A DNA stretch of 61,549 nt from a virus. Its lineage: Duplodnaviria; Caudoviricetes. The translations under genes and the position numbers were made by a program. The stretch lies in the IMG/VR virus record IMGVR_UViG_3300021225_000417, positions 1-61,549 of that record; one strand, written 5' to 3'. This document shows positions 42,338-51,971 of this stretch, one piece after another; the first letter of the stretch is position 1, and each line of letters starts with the position of its first letter. Under the pieces are notes generated by a model. The model had not been told where the DNA came from and made no database searches. It saw only the letters and a program-made list of their open reading frames with translations.

Positions 42338-42690
42338 TGGCAACCCTTGATGATGTCGTGACGGTCCAGAAAAACGGGGTCATCGGCCTCAATAATCTTT
42401 CGACGACTGTCACATACCTTAATGGCGAGCAGACGAGCGCGACAGTCACTGCTTCGACGCTTGTCTTCGCAGGCGCCGGTCGTCTGGTGAATGTTTCTGT
42501 CGTAGTCGCCGGCAGCGCGTCCGGGTTTATCCATAACGCCGCGACGACGGCGCTCGCGGCTGCATCGAATGCGTTGTTTGCGACGCCGACGACGCCGGGT
42601 GTGTTTCAGGTTGGCCAACACTTTACCAACGGACTTGTGATTTCCCCGGGAACGGGGCAGTCGATCAATGTCACTTACTCAACGGATTAA
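42337..42690 (+). CDS. Virion protein
   Basis: TAATG coupling; G.GRL..V, F.NGLV.PG.G...V.Y. Confidence 0.65.
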   Translation: MATLDDVVTVQKNGVIGLNNLSTTVTYLNGEQTSATVTASTLVFAGAGRLVNVSVVVAGSASGFIHNAATTALAAASNALFATPTTPGVFQVGQHFTNGLVISPGTGQSINVTYSTD

Positions 42691-42693
42691 ATC

Positions 42694-43197
42694 ATGCCGC
42701 TGCACAAAGGAAAATCGCAAGATGTCATTTCGGAGAATATCTCTGAAATGGTGCGCGCAGGCCATCCCCAGAAGCAGGCGGTCGCGGCGGCATTAAATGA
42801 GGCGCGTCAGTCGAAGGCGCGCGGTGGCGCGTCTGCAAAAATCCACGTTGGCCCGATCCACAGTCCTGTCGCCGGACGAACTGACCACTTGCCGATCAAT
42901 GTCCCGTCGGGTTCATACGTCATACCGGCCGATATTATTTCCGCGATGGGCGAGGGAAACACGATGGCTGGCTTTCGGGTCGGCAACAAGATTTTCGGAA
43001 AGCAGGCTCTGGGCGACGAGCCGGGCGTAGAGATTGTCGCCGCAGGCGGCGAATATGTTATCTCGCCTGCAAACGTCGCCCGCATTGGCGGCGGCGACAT
43101 TGATCGCGGACACAAGACGCTTGATGAATTCGTGGTCGATTATCGGGCCAGAACGGTGAAGACGCTGAAGTCTTTGCCTGGGCCAAAGAAGGACTAG
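42694..43197 (+). CDS. Conserved virion protein with KARGG and two G[S/E]YVI half-repeats
   Basis: MPL.KG.S...IS.NI.E..QAVA.AL..AR; [22 protein letters not shown] and [17 protein letters not shown]. Confidence 0.75.
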   Translation: MPLHKGKSQDVISENISEMVRAGHPQKQAVAAALNEARQSKARGGASAKIHVGPIHSPVAGRTDHLPINVPSGSYVIPADIISAMGEGNTMAGFRVGNKIFGKQALGDEPGVEIVAAGGEYVISPANVARIGGGDIDRGHKTLDEFVVDYRARTVKTLKSLPGPKKD

Positions 43198-43217
43198 CGC
43201 GCAAGAAGGGGGCCGCT

Positions 43218-43706
43218 ATGAATGACGTGAAGGTTCGCATTGGGGTGCCAGAAGATATGGACGCCGTCATGGAAATGGCGCTTCGGGTATGTGAGGAAAA
43301 CGGCATATCGGAGCCGAACATCCAAAAGATCGCCGCCGACATCTGGCCGTCGCTTCATGCCCACCACGGGCTTGTAGGCGTCGTTGGCGAGCCGGGCGGC
43401 CAGCTTGAGGGCTTCGTTTTGCTCAGACTTGGCACGATGTGGTATAGTGACAGTCCAATCATTGAGGAAAAAACCGTCTTCGTGCTTCCGGAGTTCAGGA
43501 ATGCACCAGGCGGCAGGGCAACAAAATTGTGCGAGTTCAGCAAGCAGGTTGCCGACGAACTGAAGTTCCCTCTGATTATCGGGATCATTTCCAATAATCG
43601 GACGAAGAGCAAGGTTCGGATGTATGAGCGGCTCTTTGGCGAGCCGGCCGGTGCGTTCTTCCTTTATGGAGCGCATACCGGCGAATGGAAGGCGGCGGCG
43701 GAGTGA
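43218..43706 (+). CDS. GNAT-fold protein (ejection-module acetyltransferase-like)
   Basis: FVLPEFRN..GG.AT.L, RMYER; position before the ejection proteins. Confidence 0.65.
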   Translation: MNDVKVRIGVPEDMDAVMEMALRVCEENGISEPNIQKIAADIWPSLHAHHGLVGVVGEPGGQLEGFVLLRLGTMWYSDSPIIEEKTVFVLPEFRNAPGGRATKLCEFSKQVADELKFPLIIGIISNNRTKSKVRMYERLFGEPAGAFFLYGAHTGEWKAAAE

Positions 43707-43733
43707 TCCGCGCGCACACAAGGAGAGCGCAGC

Positions 43734-46700
43734 ATGTGCGGTAAGGGCAGTCAATCTTCCTACGGCTCTCTGCCGCCACAGTCGATGCAGACCACCGTCG
43801 CCTCGCCGCAGGCGTCGGCGATGTATGGCCAGGCATTTGGGGCGGCGCAGGCGGCAGCGGCCCGACCCTTTACGCCTTACAGTTCCGACCCGAACGCCTT
43901 TGTCGCGCCGATCAATCAGCAGCAGCAGATGGCGATAAGCAACATCAACAAGGTCGCGCAAACTGGTCAGCCCTATTTTCAGGCTGGAGCCGGACTGACT
44001 GGCGCGGCCGGCACGACCTTCGTGCCGCAGATCGTCGGCAACTACATGAACCCCTACACGCAGGCGGTCGCCGCGCCGACGCTTGATCTTCTTCGCCAGC
44101 AGCAGGGGCGCGAGCTGGCGCAGCAGCAGGCGCAGGCGATCAAGGGCGGAGCTTTTGGCGGCGATCGTGCCGGCATTGAGCGCGCCGTCCTGCAGGGCCA
44201 GCAAGGCCTCGCCTACGGCAAGACCGCGGGCGACATTTTCTCCGCAGGCTACGCCCCCGCCATGGGCGCGGCGCAGGCGGATTTGCAGCGCCAGCTGCAG
44301 GCGGGCGGTCAGTTCGGTCAGCTCGGTCAAGGCGCGGCTCAGACGGCGCTCGCCGGCACGCAGGCGCAGCTCGGGGCCGGCACGCTGCAGCAGCAGACGC
44401 AACAGGCCGGGCTTCAGGCGCTCTACAACCAGTTCCTGCAGCAGCAGGCGTATCCCTTCCAGACGGCGCAGTTCCTGGCGAATGTCGCCGGCGGACTGGG
44501 CCCGCTCTATGGCGGCCAGACGTTCAATGCGCAGGCGCAGCCGTTCTTCTCTGACCCGCGGCTGAAGGACGGCGTCCGCGAGCGCGCCGCCGCCGGCGGC
44601 CTTGGCTACGACGGCCCGGAGCCGATCGGTCAGACCTATGATGGGCAGGACATTTGGCGCTACAGCAAGTTCGGTCAGCCCGAGATCGGGCTCATGGCGC
44701 CGCAGGTTCAGGAGCGCATGCCGGAAGCGGTGGGCGAGTATGGCGGCTATCAGACCGTCGACCTTCCCGCGGCGACGGATCAGGCTGCGGCGCTTGGGCG
44801 CGCGCGCATGGGCGGCGCGGTGAATGCGCCGGGCGATTACGCGCGCGGTGGATACGCCGCCGGCGGCGCGGGGCTGGTGTCGGGCGACATTGCCTCCATT
44901 CTGGCGGCGCACGAAGCGATGTATGGAGGCCTCGGCGGCGGCGCAGGCGGCTACGGCCCGAGCGGGCCGGCGATAGGCGGAGGCGCGGGGCTGACAATCC
45001 CGAAAGAGGGTATTCAGGCGGCGCAGAGCATTCACCGCCCGGGCGGCGCGCCGGCGCCGATGAAGTCGCGCGCGGCAGAGATGATGGAGGGCATTGGCGG
45101 CGCGGCCGACCTGGGTAAGAGCGCCAGTGGTCTCTACGATCTCTACCAGCGCGTCAAGGAAGGCAAGGCCGAAGGCGGATCAATCGACGACAAGGATGTC
45201 GTCCCGGCGCAGCTTGCCATCCCAACAGGCGAGATCCAGACGGCCAAGCCTTTGCACGAACCTACCGCCGGCGGCGCCGCCGGCGGCCAGTCGGGCGGCG
45301 GCCTGAGTGGCGCGCTCAGCAAGGCGGCGTCGATCGGCTCCAGCGCGGCGACGCTCGGTTCGCTCGCCATGCAGGCCGCGCCCTACGTCAAGACCGGGCT
45401 GGCGGCGCTCGCTGCCTTTTCCGACCCGCGCCTGAAGAGTGGCATTCGCGTCGGCATGGCCGACGGCGGCGAGGCGGACGAAGTTGAGCGCTACCTTCCC
45501 GCGCTGGCGCGCGGCGAGACCGGCGGCCGGAAGGACCCCTACTCGACGCTGGGTCCAATGACAAAATACGGCCGACCGATCGGAAAATATCAGGTGCTGC
45601 CGACCAATGTCCCGGAGTGGTCCGAGGAGGCTGGCTTGGGTCGACTGACGCCGGAACAATTTACCGGAAATCGCGACGCGCAGGAGGCGGTCGCTCGCGC
45701 CAAGTTCGGCGAATATCTGAAGAAGACCGGCAACCCGGAAGAAGCTGCCGCCATGTGGTTTGGCGGTCCCGGCTACAAGAAGCACATGGGCGCGAAGGAT
45801 GTGCTCGGAACGTCGATCCCGGAGTATCAGCGCCGGTTCCGCGCCAATGCGGGGATGGAGGGCGCGGCGCCGCTGGCTTACGCCGAGGGCGAGCGCGCGC
45901 CGGCGGGTGGCGGCCTCGACGCGATCGCGAAGAGCGCGCGCGCCGGCGATCGCGACTTCATGGCGAGCGCCATGCCCGACGAGGGCGAGACGATCAATCT
46001 GCCGCGCGCGGCCGGCGCCCAGCCCGCGCCGAGCGGCATTTCGGGCTTCTTCCGCGGCACCGCGCCGGAAGGCGTCGGCGAGAAGGCGCTTGACTTCCTG
46101 ACCAGCGAAAAATTCCTCGTGCCGGCCTTGAGCGGGCTTGGCGCGATGGCGTCGTCGCCGAGCCGCTATCTTGGCTCCGCCATCCTGCAGGGACTTGGCG
46201 CGGGCGCGGGCGCTTACATGGATGTCGCCGGCAAGGAGGCCGAAATCGCCAAGCGGCAGGCCGAGACGGCGCGCGAGCAGCAGATGACAAAAACCGAGGC
46301 GCAGGAGACGAAGAAGCGCGCGACCGAAGTCGCCGAGAAGCTTCAGGATGTCTACGGCAAGTCGATCTTCCAGAAGGGCGACATGTGGTTCGTTCGATTG
46401 GCGAACGGCCAGACGGTTTCGCTCTATGACTGGATGAAGAGCCCGCAGCAGGTATGGGGCGGCGAGACGACGTCTGGCGGCGCGGCTCCGGCCGGCGCGG
46501 GCAAGCCGATCGGCGTGACGCCGACAGAGACGGTCACGCCGGCGCCGGGCATCAATTACGGGCCCGCTTCGACGCAGTCGGCCAAAGAAGAACAGCGCGC
46601 GCTCTACACGCCAGGTGTGGCGAACGTGAAGAAGCAGTCTGCGGAATACATTGATCAGGTGAACCAAGGCGCGGCGGCGGCGACCGCGCAGCGCATCTAT

Positions 46701-47336
46701 CACAACGACATCGCCAAGATCATCGCAGACGCGTCGTCGGCGACGGGCGGGGGCGTCATGGGCGCCGGCGCAAACTGGCGCTCCAAGATCGTGAACGTCC
46801 TGAACACGGCGGCGCGATCGGCGGGCGTCATTGGTCCCGACCAGCAAATCTTTGGCGACAGCGACAATCAGCAAAAAATGCTCGAAAAGTTGGCTGGACT
46901 GCAGGCGCAGGCGGGCGTCACCGGCGCGGGGCAGAAGGCTTTCGCCAGCCTGCAGACGCTGATCGGCACCCTGCCCAATCTTGATCAGCCTCCGCGCGCG
47001 GCGGCGTTCAATGCCGCGTCCAATATGGTGAACAACCAGCGCCGGATTGATCAGCAAGCGCACGCGCAGGCATATGGCCAGAATAGCGGAGAGCTGTATT
47101 ATCGCGCCGGATCGGCGTTCGAGCGAGACAATGGACCGGCAAAATACACCGCCGAGCAGAATGCGTTGTCGAAAGTGATGCTGGACCCGGGCGACATCCG
47201 GAAAAAGCGGCCGAGCGGCGCGAAGGTCATGGAGGCGATGATTTCCGGCGCCGTGACGCCGGCGCAGATCGAAGAGTATTTCACGAAGAACTATAAGCTG
47301 AAGGGCATGAGCCGATATTTCACGGGAGCGCAGTAA
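43734..47336 (+). CDS. Ejection/DNA-transfer protein with an internal S74-like domain and a lysozyme-like domain
   Basis: Q/A/G-rich N-terminus (YMNPY, GAFGG.R); SDPRLK..GLMA.QV..P.AV; LARGETGG..GKYQ..P.W..Q...A..WF.G. Confidence 0.8.
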   Translation: MCGKGSQSSYGSLPPQSMQTTVASPQASAMYGQAFGAAQAAAARPFTPYSSDPNAFVAPINQQQQMAISNINKVAQTGQPYFQAGAGLTGAAGTTFVPQIVGNYMNPYTQAVAAPTLDLLRQQQGRELAQQQAQAIKGGAFGGDRAGIERAVLQGQQGLAYGKTAGDIFSAGYAPAMGAAQADLQRQLQAGGQFGQLGQGAAQTALAGTQAQLGAGTLQQQTQQAGLQALYNQFLQQQAYPFQTAQFLANVAGGLGPLYGGQTFNAQAQPFFSDPRLKDGVRERAAAGGLGYDGPEPIGQTYDGQDIWRYSKFGQPEIGLMAPQVQERMPEAVGEYGGYQTVDLPAATDQAAALGRARMGGAVNAPGDYARGGYAAGGAGLVSGDIASILAAHEAMYGGLGGGAGGYGPSGPAIGGGAGLTIPKEGIQAAQSIHRPGGAPAPMKSRAAEMMEGIGGAADLGKSASGLYDLYQRVKEGKAEGGSIDDKDVVPAQLAIPTGEIQTAKPLHEPTAGGAAGGQSGGGLSGALSKAASIGSSAATLGSLAMQAAPYVKTGLAALAAFSDPRLKSGIRVGMADGGEADEVERYLPALARGETGGRKDPYSTLGPMTKYGRPIGKYQVLPTNVPEWSEEAGLGRLTPEQFTGNRDAQEAVARAKFGEYLKKTGNPEEAAAMWFGGPGYKKHMGAKDVLGTSIPEYQRRFRANAGMEGAAPLAYAEGERAPAGGGLDAIAKSARAGDRDFMASAMPDEGETINLPRAAGAQPAPSGISGFFRGTAPEGVGEKALDFLTSEKFLVPALSGLGAMASSPSRYLGSAILQGLGAGAGAYMDVAGKEAEIAKRQAETAREQQMTKTEAQETKKRATEVAEKLQDVYGKSIFQKGDMWFVRLANGQTVSLYDWMKSPQQVWGGETTSGGAAPAGAGKPIGVTPTETVTPAPGINYGPASTQSAKEEQRALYTPGVANVKKQSAEYIDQVNQGAAAATAQRIYHNDIAKIIADASSATGGGVMGAGANWRSKIVNVLNTAARSAGVIGPDQQIFGDSDNQQKMLEKLAGLQAQAGVTGAGQKAFASLQTLIGTLPNLDQPPRAAAFNAASNMVNNQRRIDQQAHAQAYGQNSGELYYRAGSAFERDNGPAKYTAEQNALSKVMLDPGDIRKKRPSGAKVMEAMISGAVTPAQIEEYFTKNYKLKGMSRYFTGAQ

Positions 47337-49126
47337 TGGCGGACGTCAACCCTCTTTTCGACGCCGACGAGCTGGAGCGCGCGATCGGCGCGCAAGGCGC
47401 TCCCGAAGCTGCGGGCGCGCCGGCTGCGGCCGGGCCTGCTGCGGTGCCAGTCAATCCGTTGATGGTGTCAGAGGAGCCCGAGAAGGCGAAGACGCTGCCT
47501 GCCGAGGCCTATCGAGAAATGCCAGCCGCCGAGGTCGGCAGACGCGCGCTGGAGGCGCTACCCGGCAGCGCGCTCGCCCTCGTCAAGGGAACTGTCGAGC
47601 CATTTTATCCGGAGAACATCTCCGAGACAGCCACGGGCGTTGGCCAGATCGCCGCAGGCGCCGTGTCGAAGGGCGCCGGGGCCTTGGGGTTTGAGCAGGA
47701 CCCGCAAGAGAAGGCGCGCACAGAAGCCGCGCTCGACGCGCTGGTGAAGCATTACGGCGAAAAATACGGCAGCGTCGAGGGCGCGAAGAAGGCATTGGCC
47801 GAGGACCCGGCGAGCGTGTTGGCTGATCTATCATCCGTCATGACGCTGGGCGGCGGATCGGCGGCACGCCTTCCGGGAATGATTGGCGCGGCCGGGCGCG
47901 CGGCGCGCACGGCTGGGGAGACGATCGGACCGATCAGCGGCCCCGCCAAGGCGGCAGGCGCGGCGGCGAAAACGATATCGCCCGCCGTCAACGCGGCGCT
48001 GGCCGGTCTTTCCGGGACGTCCTTCTCGTCTCTGCAGGAAGCGGCGAAGTCGGGAGTGACGGGCGACAAGACATTCTGGCGATCGATGTCGGGCGAGATC
48101 ACGCCGGCGCAGATTGTGGATGACGTCCGCAGCGCGCTTTCGGAGATCGCGCAGGATCGCAGCACGCAATATCTGCAGGGCATGTCGACGCTGAAGGCGC
48201 AGCAGCCGCTATCTTTCTCGACCGTGGACAACGCCATCAACCGGGCAAAAAACACGGCCCAGTTTGGCACAATCAACATCAACCAGAAGGCGGCTGAGGC
48301 GATCGCGGAGATCGAGCAGAAGGTTGCGGAGTGGAAGGCGGCGGCGCAAGTCGACCCGATGTATCAAGGCATCGCCGGCTTCGATGCGCTGAAGCGCGCG
48401 ATCCACGATATTGGCTCGACCAATTACCGCGGAACGCCCGGCGACAAGGCGGTCGAGATTGTGCGCAATGCGGTGAAAGATGAAATCAAGCGCGTCGACC
48501 CGAAATACGCCGACGTTATGGAAAAATATCAGGATGCGACGGATCAGCTGAATGAATTGAGAAAGGAGCTGACGACAAACAAAGGAACGGTCGGACAGAA
48601 CCTTCGCAAGCTGCTCAAGGCGCAGAACGACAAATACAAAAACAACTTGCTGGAAGACCTGGCGAAAAAAGACCCGGATATTTTTGCGAAGATCGCCGGG
48701 CAGGAGGTCGCGCACGCGCACGGTCGCGCGGCCGGAGCGCTCGGCGTCGGCGGCCTGATCAGCATGCTGATGCAGGACCCGAAGGCTTTCGCGGCCGCGC
48801 TTCCGATCGCCGGGTTGAGCATGCCAAAGGTCGCCGCCCGCACTGCATACGGGACGCAGATGGCGACGTCTCCTGTCATCGAGGTGGGCGAAGCCCTTGG
48901 CCGTCGCTACGCTCCGAGCGTGGCAGGCGCGCAGCTTGTTGGCTCCGAGGAGCGCGCGCGCAAAGGCCGAGCCACAGGCGGCAAGGTGCAGGCGCTGACG
49001 GCGGCGAGACTGATCCAAATGGCAGACGCCGCGAAGAAGAACATCGGCAGGCAGACTGAAGAGATCCTGAAGGCTCCGGACGAGCATGTCGTCCGCGCTC
49101 TGGATATCGCGCAGAAACACATCTGA
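47336..49126 (+). CDS. Ejection/DNA-transfer protein
   Basis: Ala/Gly-rich; Y.E.YGS.EG.K.A.A.DP; GFDALKR.I; C-terminal RATGGKV. Confidence 0.7.
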   Translation: MADVNPLFDADELERAIGAQGAPEAAGAPAAAGPAAVPVNPLMVSEEPEKAKTLPAEAYREMPAAEVGRRALEALPGSALALVKGTVEPFYPENISETATGVGQIAAGAVSKGAGALGFEQDPQEKARTEAALDALVKHYGEKYGSVEGAKKALAEDPASVLADLSSVMTLGGGSAARLPGMIGAAGRAARTAGETIGPISGPAKAAGAAAKTISPAVNAALAGLSGTSFSSLQEAAKSGVTGDKTFWRSMSGEITPAQIVDDVRSALSEIAQDRSTQYLQGMSTLKAQQPLSFSTVDNAINRAKNTAQFGTININQKAAEAIAEIEQKVAEWKAAAQVDPMYQGIAGFDALKRAIHDIGSTNYRGTPGDKAVEIVRNAVKDEIKRVDPKYADVMEKYQDATDQLNELRKELTTNKGTVGQNLRKLLKAQNDKYKNNLLEDLAKKDPDIFAKIAGQEVAHAHGRAAGALGVGGLISMLMQDPKAFAAALPIAGLSMPKVAARTAYGTQMATSPVIEVGEALGRRYAPSVAGAQLVGSEERARKGRATGGKVQALTAARLIQMADAAKKNIGRQTEEILKAPDEHVVRALDIAQKHI

Positions 49127-49136
49127 GGCAGAAAAT

Positions 49137-49985
49137 ATGGCGACGCAAAATAAAAACCTAAATCAGCCTGCCTATAATTCGCTCGCTTGGGATACTCCGC
49201 TCAACAGCAATTTCGGTTCAATTGATCAGGCTCTTGGCGGCGTTTACACGGTTTCGTCGAGTGGAGGCACTGTTGCCCTGACGAAAGATAATGCGATCAG
49301 CTCGCGCGTCAGCATCACGGGAAGCCTCACGTCGAATTTGATCGTGACTATTCCAGTCAATACCGGCGGAACGTGGATCGTAACCAATTCGACGACGGAT
49401 GGCGTCGGCGGACCGTGGACCGTGACATTCAAGGTCGCGGGCGGCGCCGTCAACAATGTCGTGCCTCGAAATTACACCGATGTTTATTTCAGCACCGGCA
49501 CGTCAGTTGTGAGCGGAGAAATATATTCGGCCACGGCGCTTCGCTTGTCTATCCTGGGCGGAACGATTGTCGGAAATCTGATCGTCGATCAAAGCACATT
49601 GACAGTGAATAACGTCGGCACCGCAAACGCGCTACAAGTCTCAGGTGGAAATGTCACAATTGGCGGCAATGGCACGACGACCGGAAATTTGACGGCGCAG
49701 GGAAACGTTTCCGCATTCTCTGACGCGCGACTGAAAGAAGATATTCGAGAGATCACGGATGCGGTTGAGAAGCTGAAAAGCATTCGAGGCGTGACCTATC
49801 GAATGCGTGACGCACGCGAGCGGCGCGCCGGAGTTATTGCGCAAGAGGTCCAGACTGTTCTTCCCGAAGTCGTATTTGAGCACGATGACGGATATTTGCA
49901 TGTCGCCTACGGCAATATGGTTTCTATCCTCATCAACGCCGTCAAGGAACTGGCGCAGCGTATTGAGGCATTGGAGAAACGCTGA
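49137..49985 (+). CDS. Tail fibre/needle with C-terminal peptidase S74 chaperone domain
   Basis: FSDARLKEDI..GVIAQEV..PE.V..V.YG..LI.A.KEL. Confidence 0.85.
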   Translation: MATQNKNLNQPAYNSLAWDTPLNSNFGSIDQALGGVYTVSSSGGTVALTKDNAISSRVSITGSLTSNLIVTIPVNTGGTWIVTNSTTDGVGGPWTVTFKVAGGAVNNVVPRNYTDVYFSTGTSVVSGEIYSATALRLSILGGTIVGNLIVDQSTLTVNNVGTANALQVSGGNVTIGGNGTTTGNLTAQGNVSAFSDARLKEDIREITDAVEKLKSIRGVTYRMRDARERRAGVIAQEVQTVLPEVVFEHDDGYLHVAYGNMVSILINAVKELAQRIEALEKR

Positions 49986-50749
49986 TGACGATGGTCGCTT
50001 CTGGTCAGATTGATCTTGGCGGAACGGCGACGTCCGGCGGACTTAGCCGCTCAATCAATTTTGAATTTGGGTATGGAGCCAATCTCGGCGCCTATCGCGG
50101 CCTTCTTTACACGAACGCGAGCGGGTCTTCTGTTTTTCAGTTTCCGAATACGCTTAACAGCATCGGAATGAACGCTTTTTACAACTCGCGAAAAATTCCT
50201 TCAGGCTCGGCCACTTATTCATCAAGCGGGAATTTTTCTGTTCCAGCATACAATACTCTCACGGTAATTGTGCGGGCGGCTGGAGGGCAAGGCGGAGGGT
50301 CTAGAGGAAACAATACGTGCGTTGGTTTATATACAAGCGGTAGTCAAGGCGCGAGTGGCGGCAATTCTTCTTTTGGCCCATATGTTTTTGCGCCCGGCGG
50401 CGGCGGCGGCGGCGGCGCCATAGCTCAGAGCACAAGTGGATTTGCGGGAAATACTCAATCCGGATACGGGTATGGAGGGAATTTTTCTAATTTTGGCGGC
50501 AGTGCGCCAGACATTGCGGGAGTGGGTGGCGGCGGAGGAGTTTCTGTCTCCGCTCTTGTTAATCCGATTGCCGGAGGGAACGGCCCTCAAACTAATTCAA
50601 CCGTGTCCGTAACAGTAGGGACGGCGATATTTTCCGAAAATGGAGGAAACAATTTTGCCAATTTGCCATATTTTGGCTGTCAATACGTTAGCAGAGCTTC
50701 GGATGGAGGTGTCGGAGGAAATGGGAGTGTAGAGATTTCATGGTCATAA
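49985..50749 (+). CDS. Gly-rich distal fibre/adhesin protein
   Basis: SG.I, F.VP, GG.GG repeats, G.V.ISW end; AT-rich. Confidence 0.7.
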   Translation: MTMVASGQIDLGGTATSGGLSRSINFEFGYGANLGAYRGLLYTNASGSSVFQFPNTLNSIGMNAFYNSRKIPSGSATYSSSGNFSVPAYNTLTVIVRAAGGQGGGSRGNNTCVGLYTSGSQGASGGNSSFGPYVFAPGGGGGGGAIAQSTSGFAGNTQSGYGYGGNFSNFGGSAPDIAGVGGGGGVSVSALVNPIAGGNGPQTNSTVSVTVGTAIFSENGGNNFANLPYFGCQYVSRASDGGVGGNGSVEISWS

Positions 50750-50927
50750 AAATCATGCATAAAATCAAAATTATTATTTCTATATTAATATTGATCGCCA
50801 GCTTCATTAAGGGATTTTTGCGTGCTGCATCCAGATGAATTCGAAAAAATAATTAAACTGATCCGGTTCTTCGTCATGCTGGCAATTGTAATCTACGCCG
50901 CGAAGATCGGCAGACTATGCGCCCTGC

Positions 50928-51131
50928 TTATTCTTTCACACGCGGATTGACTGGCGGAGCCCCTGTGTAGCATATTTTGTAATGCTCTTCGCAATAAGGG
51001 CCCTTGTGCGTCTTCTTTCCGCAATAGATCGTTTGAAAGCCGGAAACATCTCCGGTGATGAAGCGGCAAGAATACAGCGTCAAGCGTCCCATAGTTACGC
51101 TTTGCGGAGGCTGCAATTCTTGCCGCTTCAT
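50928..51131 (-). CDS. GcrA C-terminal-like Cys/His domain protein
   Basis: L....CRFITGD..YCG....PYCEEH..ICY. Confidence 0.7.
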   Translation of the reverse strand: MKRQELQPPQSVTMGRLTLYSCRFITGDVSGFQTIYCGKKTHKGPYCEEHYKICYTGAPPVNPRVKE

Positions 51132-51137
51132 TTATTT

Positions 51138-51329
51138 TCATCTCTGACTTCTGCACTCCTCCAAAAGCTCCGTCTTTTTAACGCACTCGGTTTTACCGGT
51201 GGAGCCTTTGGAGTAATAGCCATTTGTGTCGATTGAGCATGACGCCAGAATGATTGTGATCACGGCCATTGTCGTCGTCAGGCAAAAGTATCTTTCGACA
51301 ATCACCGCAATCCTTGAACGCTTACGCAT
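51138..51329 (-). CDS. Putative small lipoprotein
   Basis: Hydrophobic stretch ending LASC; GAGGAGG RBS. Confidence 0.45.
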   Translation of the reverse strand: MRKRSRIAVIVERYFCLTTTMAVITIILASCSIDTNGYYSKGSTGKTECVKKTELLEECRSQR

Positions 51330-51514
51330 TACGCCTCCTCTGGTGCATTAACTCCGGCGAGAACATCTTTCTTTAATTCGAAGACAATCTCTTTGATGAC
51401 CTTCATCTCGAATTCGCCAACAGCACCGAGGCGATCTCGTATGAAGTTTGGCCGGCCCCACTGCTCAAGCAAGAGAACGACGCGCCTACGCTCCTCTTGC
51501 GCCTCTTTGGTCAT
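51329..51514 (-). CDS. Hypothetical protein
   Basis: MTKEAQEERRR; TAATG coupling. Confidence 0.5.
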   Translation of the reverse strand: MTKEAQEERRRVVLLLEQWGRPNFIRDRLGAVGEFEMKVIKEIVFELKKDVLAGVNAPEEA

Positions 51515-51962
51515 ATTGAAGTTCGTCTGCACGTTCTGCGGCCCTCCTCAAGGCATCAAGAGCGGTATATTTAGACTGCTCGCCAATTCTTGTGGCAATA
51601 TCTTCTACTGGTGAACCGACGCGAGGCTCTGGGACGGTATTTGATGGGCGATCATCCGTTCCAATTCCGCGTTGCTCGTAGGCAAGCAAAAACAAAATGC
51701 AGCATCCGGCATGAGCGAGATGCGTTATTCCGGTATCAGGGTCTACCGTCTCTCCTCTCCACCACGCCCACATGTGACGCATAAGAGCAGAAAACGGGCG
51801 GCTCCAATGCATACCAAGTTCCCAGTTCCGGCCGCCGTATTTCGCCGCTCCGTGCTGGAGAACCCAAAGGATCGGGTCCAACGCGTCCGGCGGCAAAAGG
51901 TGCCAAGGCAATTTACCCTGATCGTCTTTGCGCCCTTCGTGGAAATTTCCGCTTACACCCAT
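51486..51962 (-). CDS. dATP/dGTP diphosphohydrolase domain protein (DUF5664-like)
   Basis: K.D.GK....LLP, GA.KYG..NW..G, A..RH..AWW.GE..D..TG..HLAHA. Confidence 0.85.
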   Translation of the reverse strand: MGVSGNFHEGRKDDQGKLPWHLLPPDALDPILWVLQHGAAKYGGRNWELGMHWSRPFSALMRHMWAWWRGETVDPDTGITHLAHAGCCILFLLAYEQRGIGTDDRPSNTVPEPRVGSPVEDIATRIGEQSKYTALDALRRAAERADELQYDQRGARGA

Positions 51963-51971
51963 ATCAAACTC

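Noticed and set aside
50755-50950. Two tiny hydrophobic plus-strand ORFs (27 aa from 50755 and 42 aa from GTG 50822)
   Set aside because: Too short, and in AT-rich sequence where hydrophobic ORFs arise by chance; unsupported without homologs.
51486-51962. Z-genome or 7-deazaguanine DNA modification system
   Set aside because: No PurZ, QueC/D/E, FolE, DpdA or dedicated polymerase recognised.
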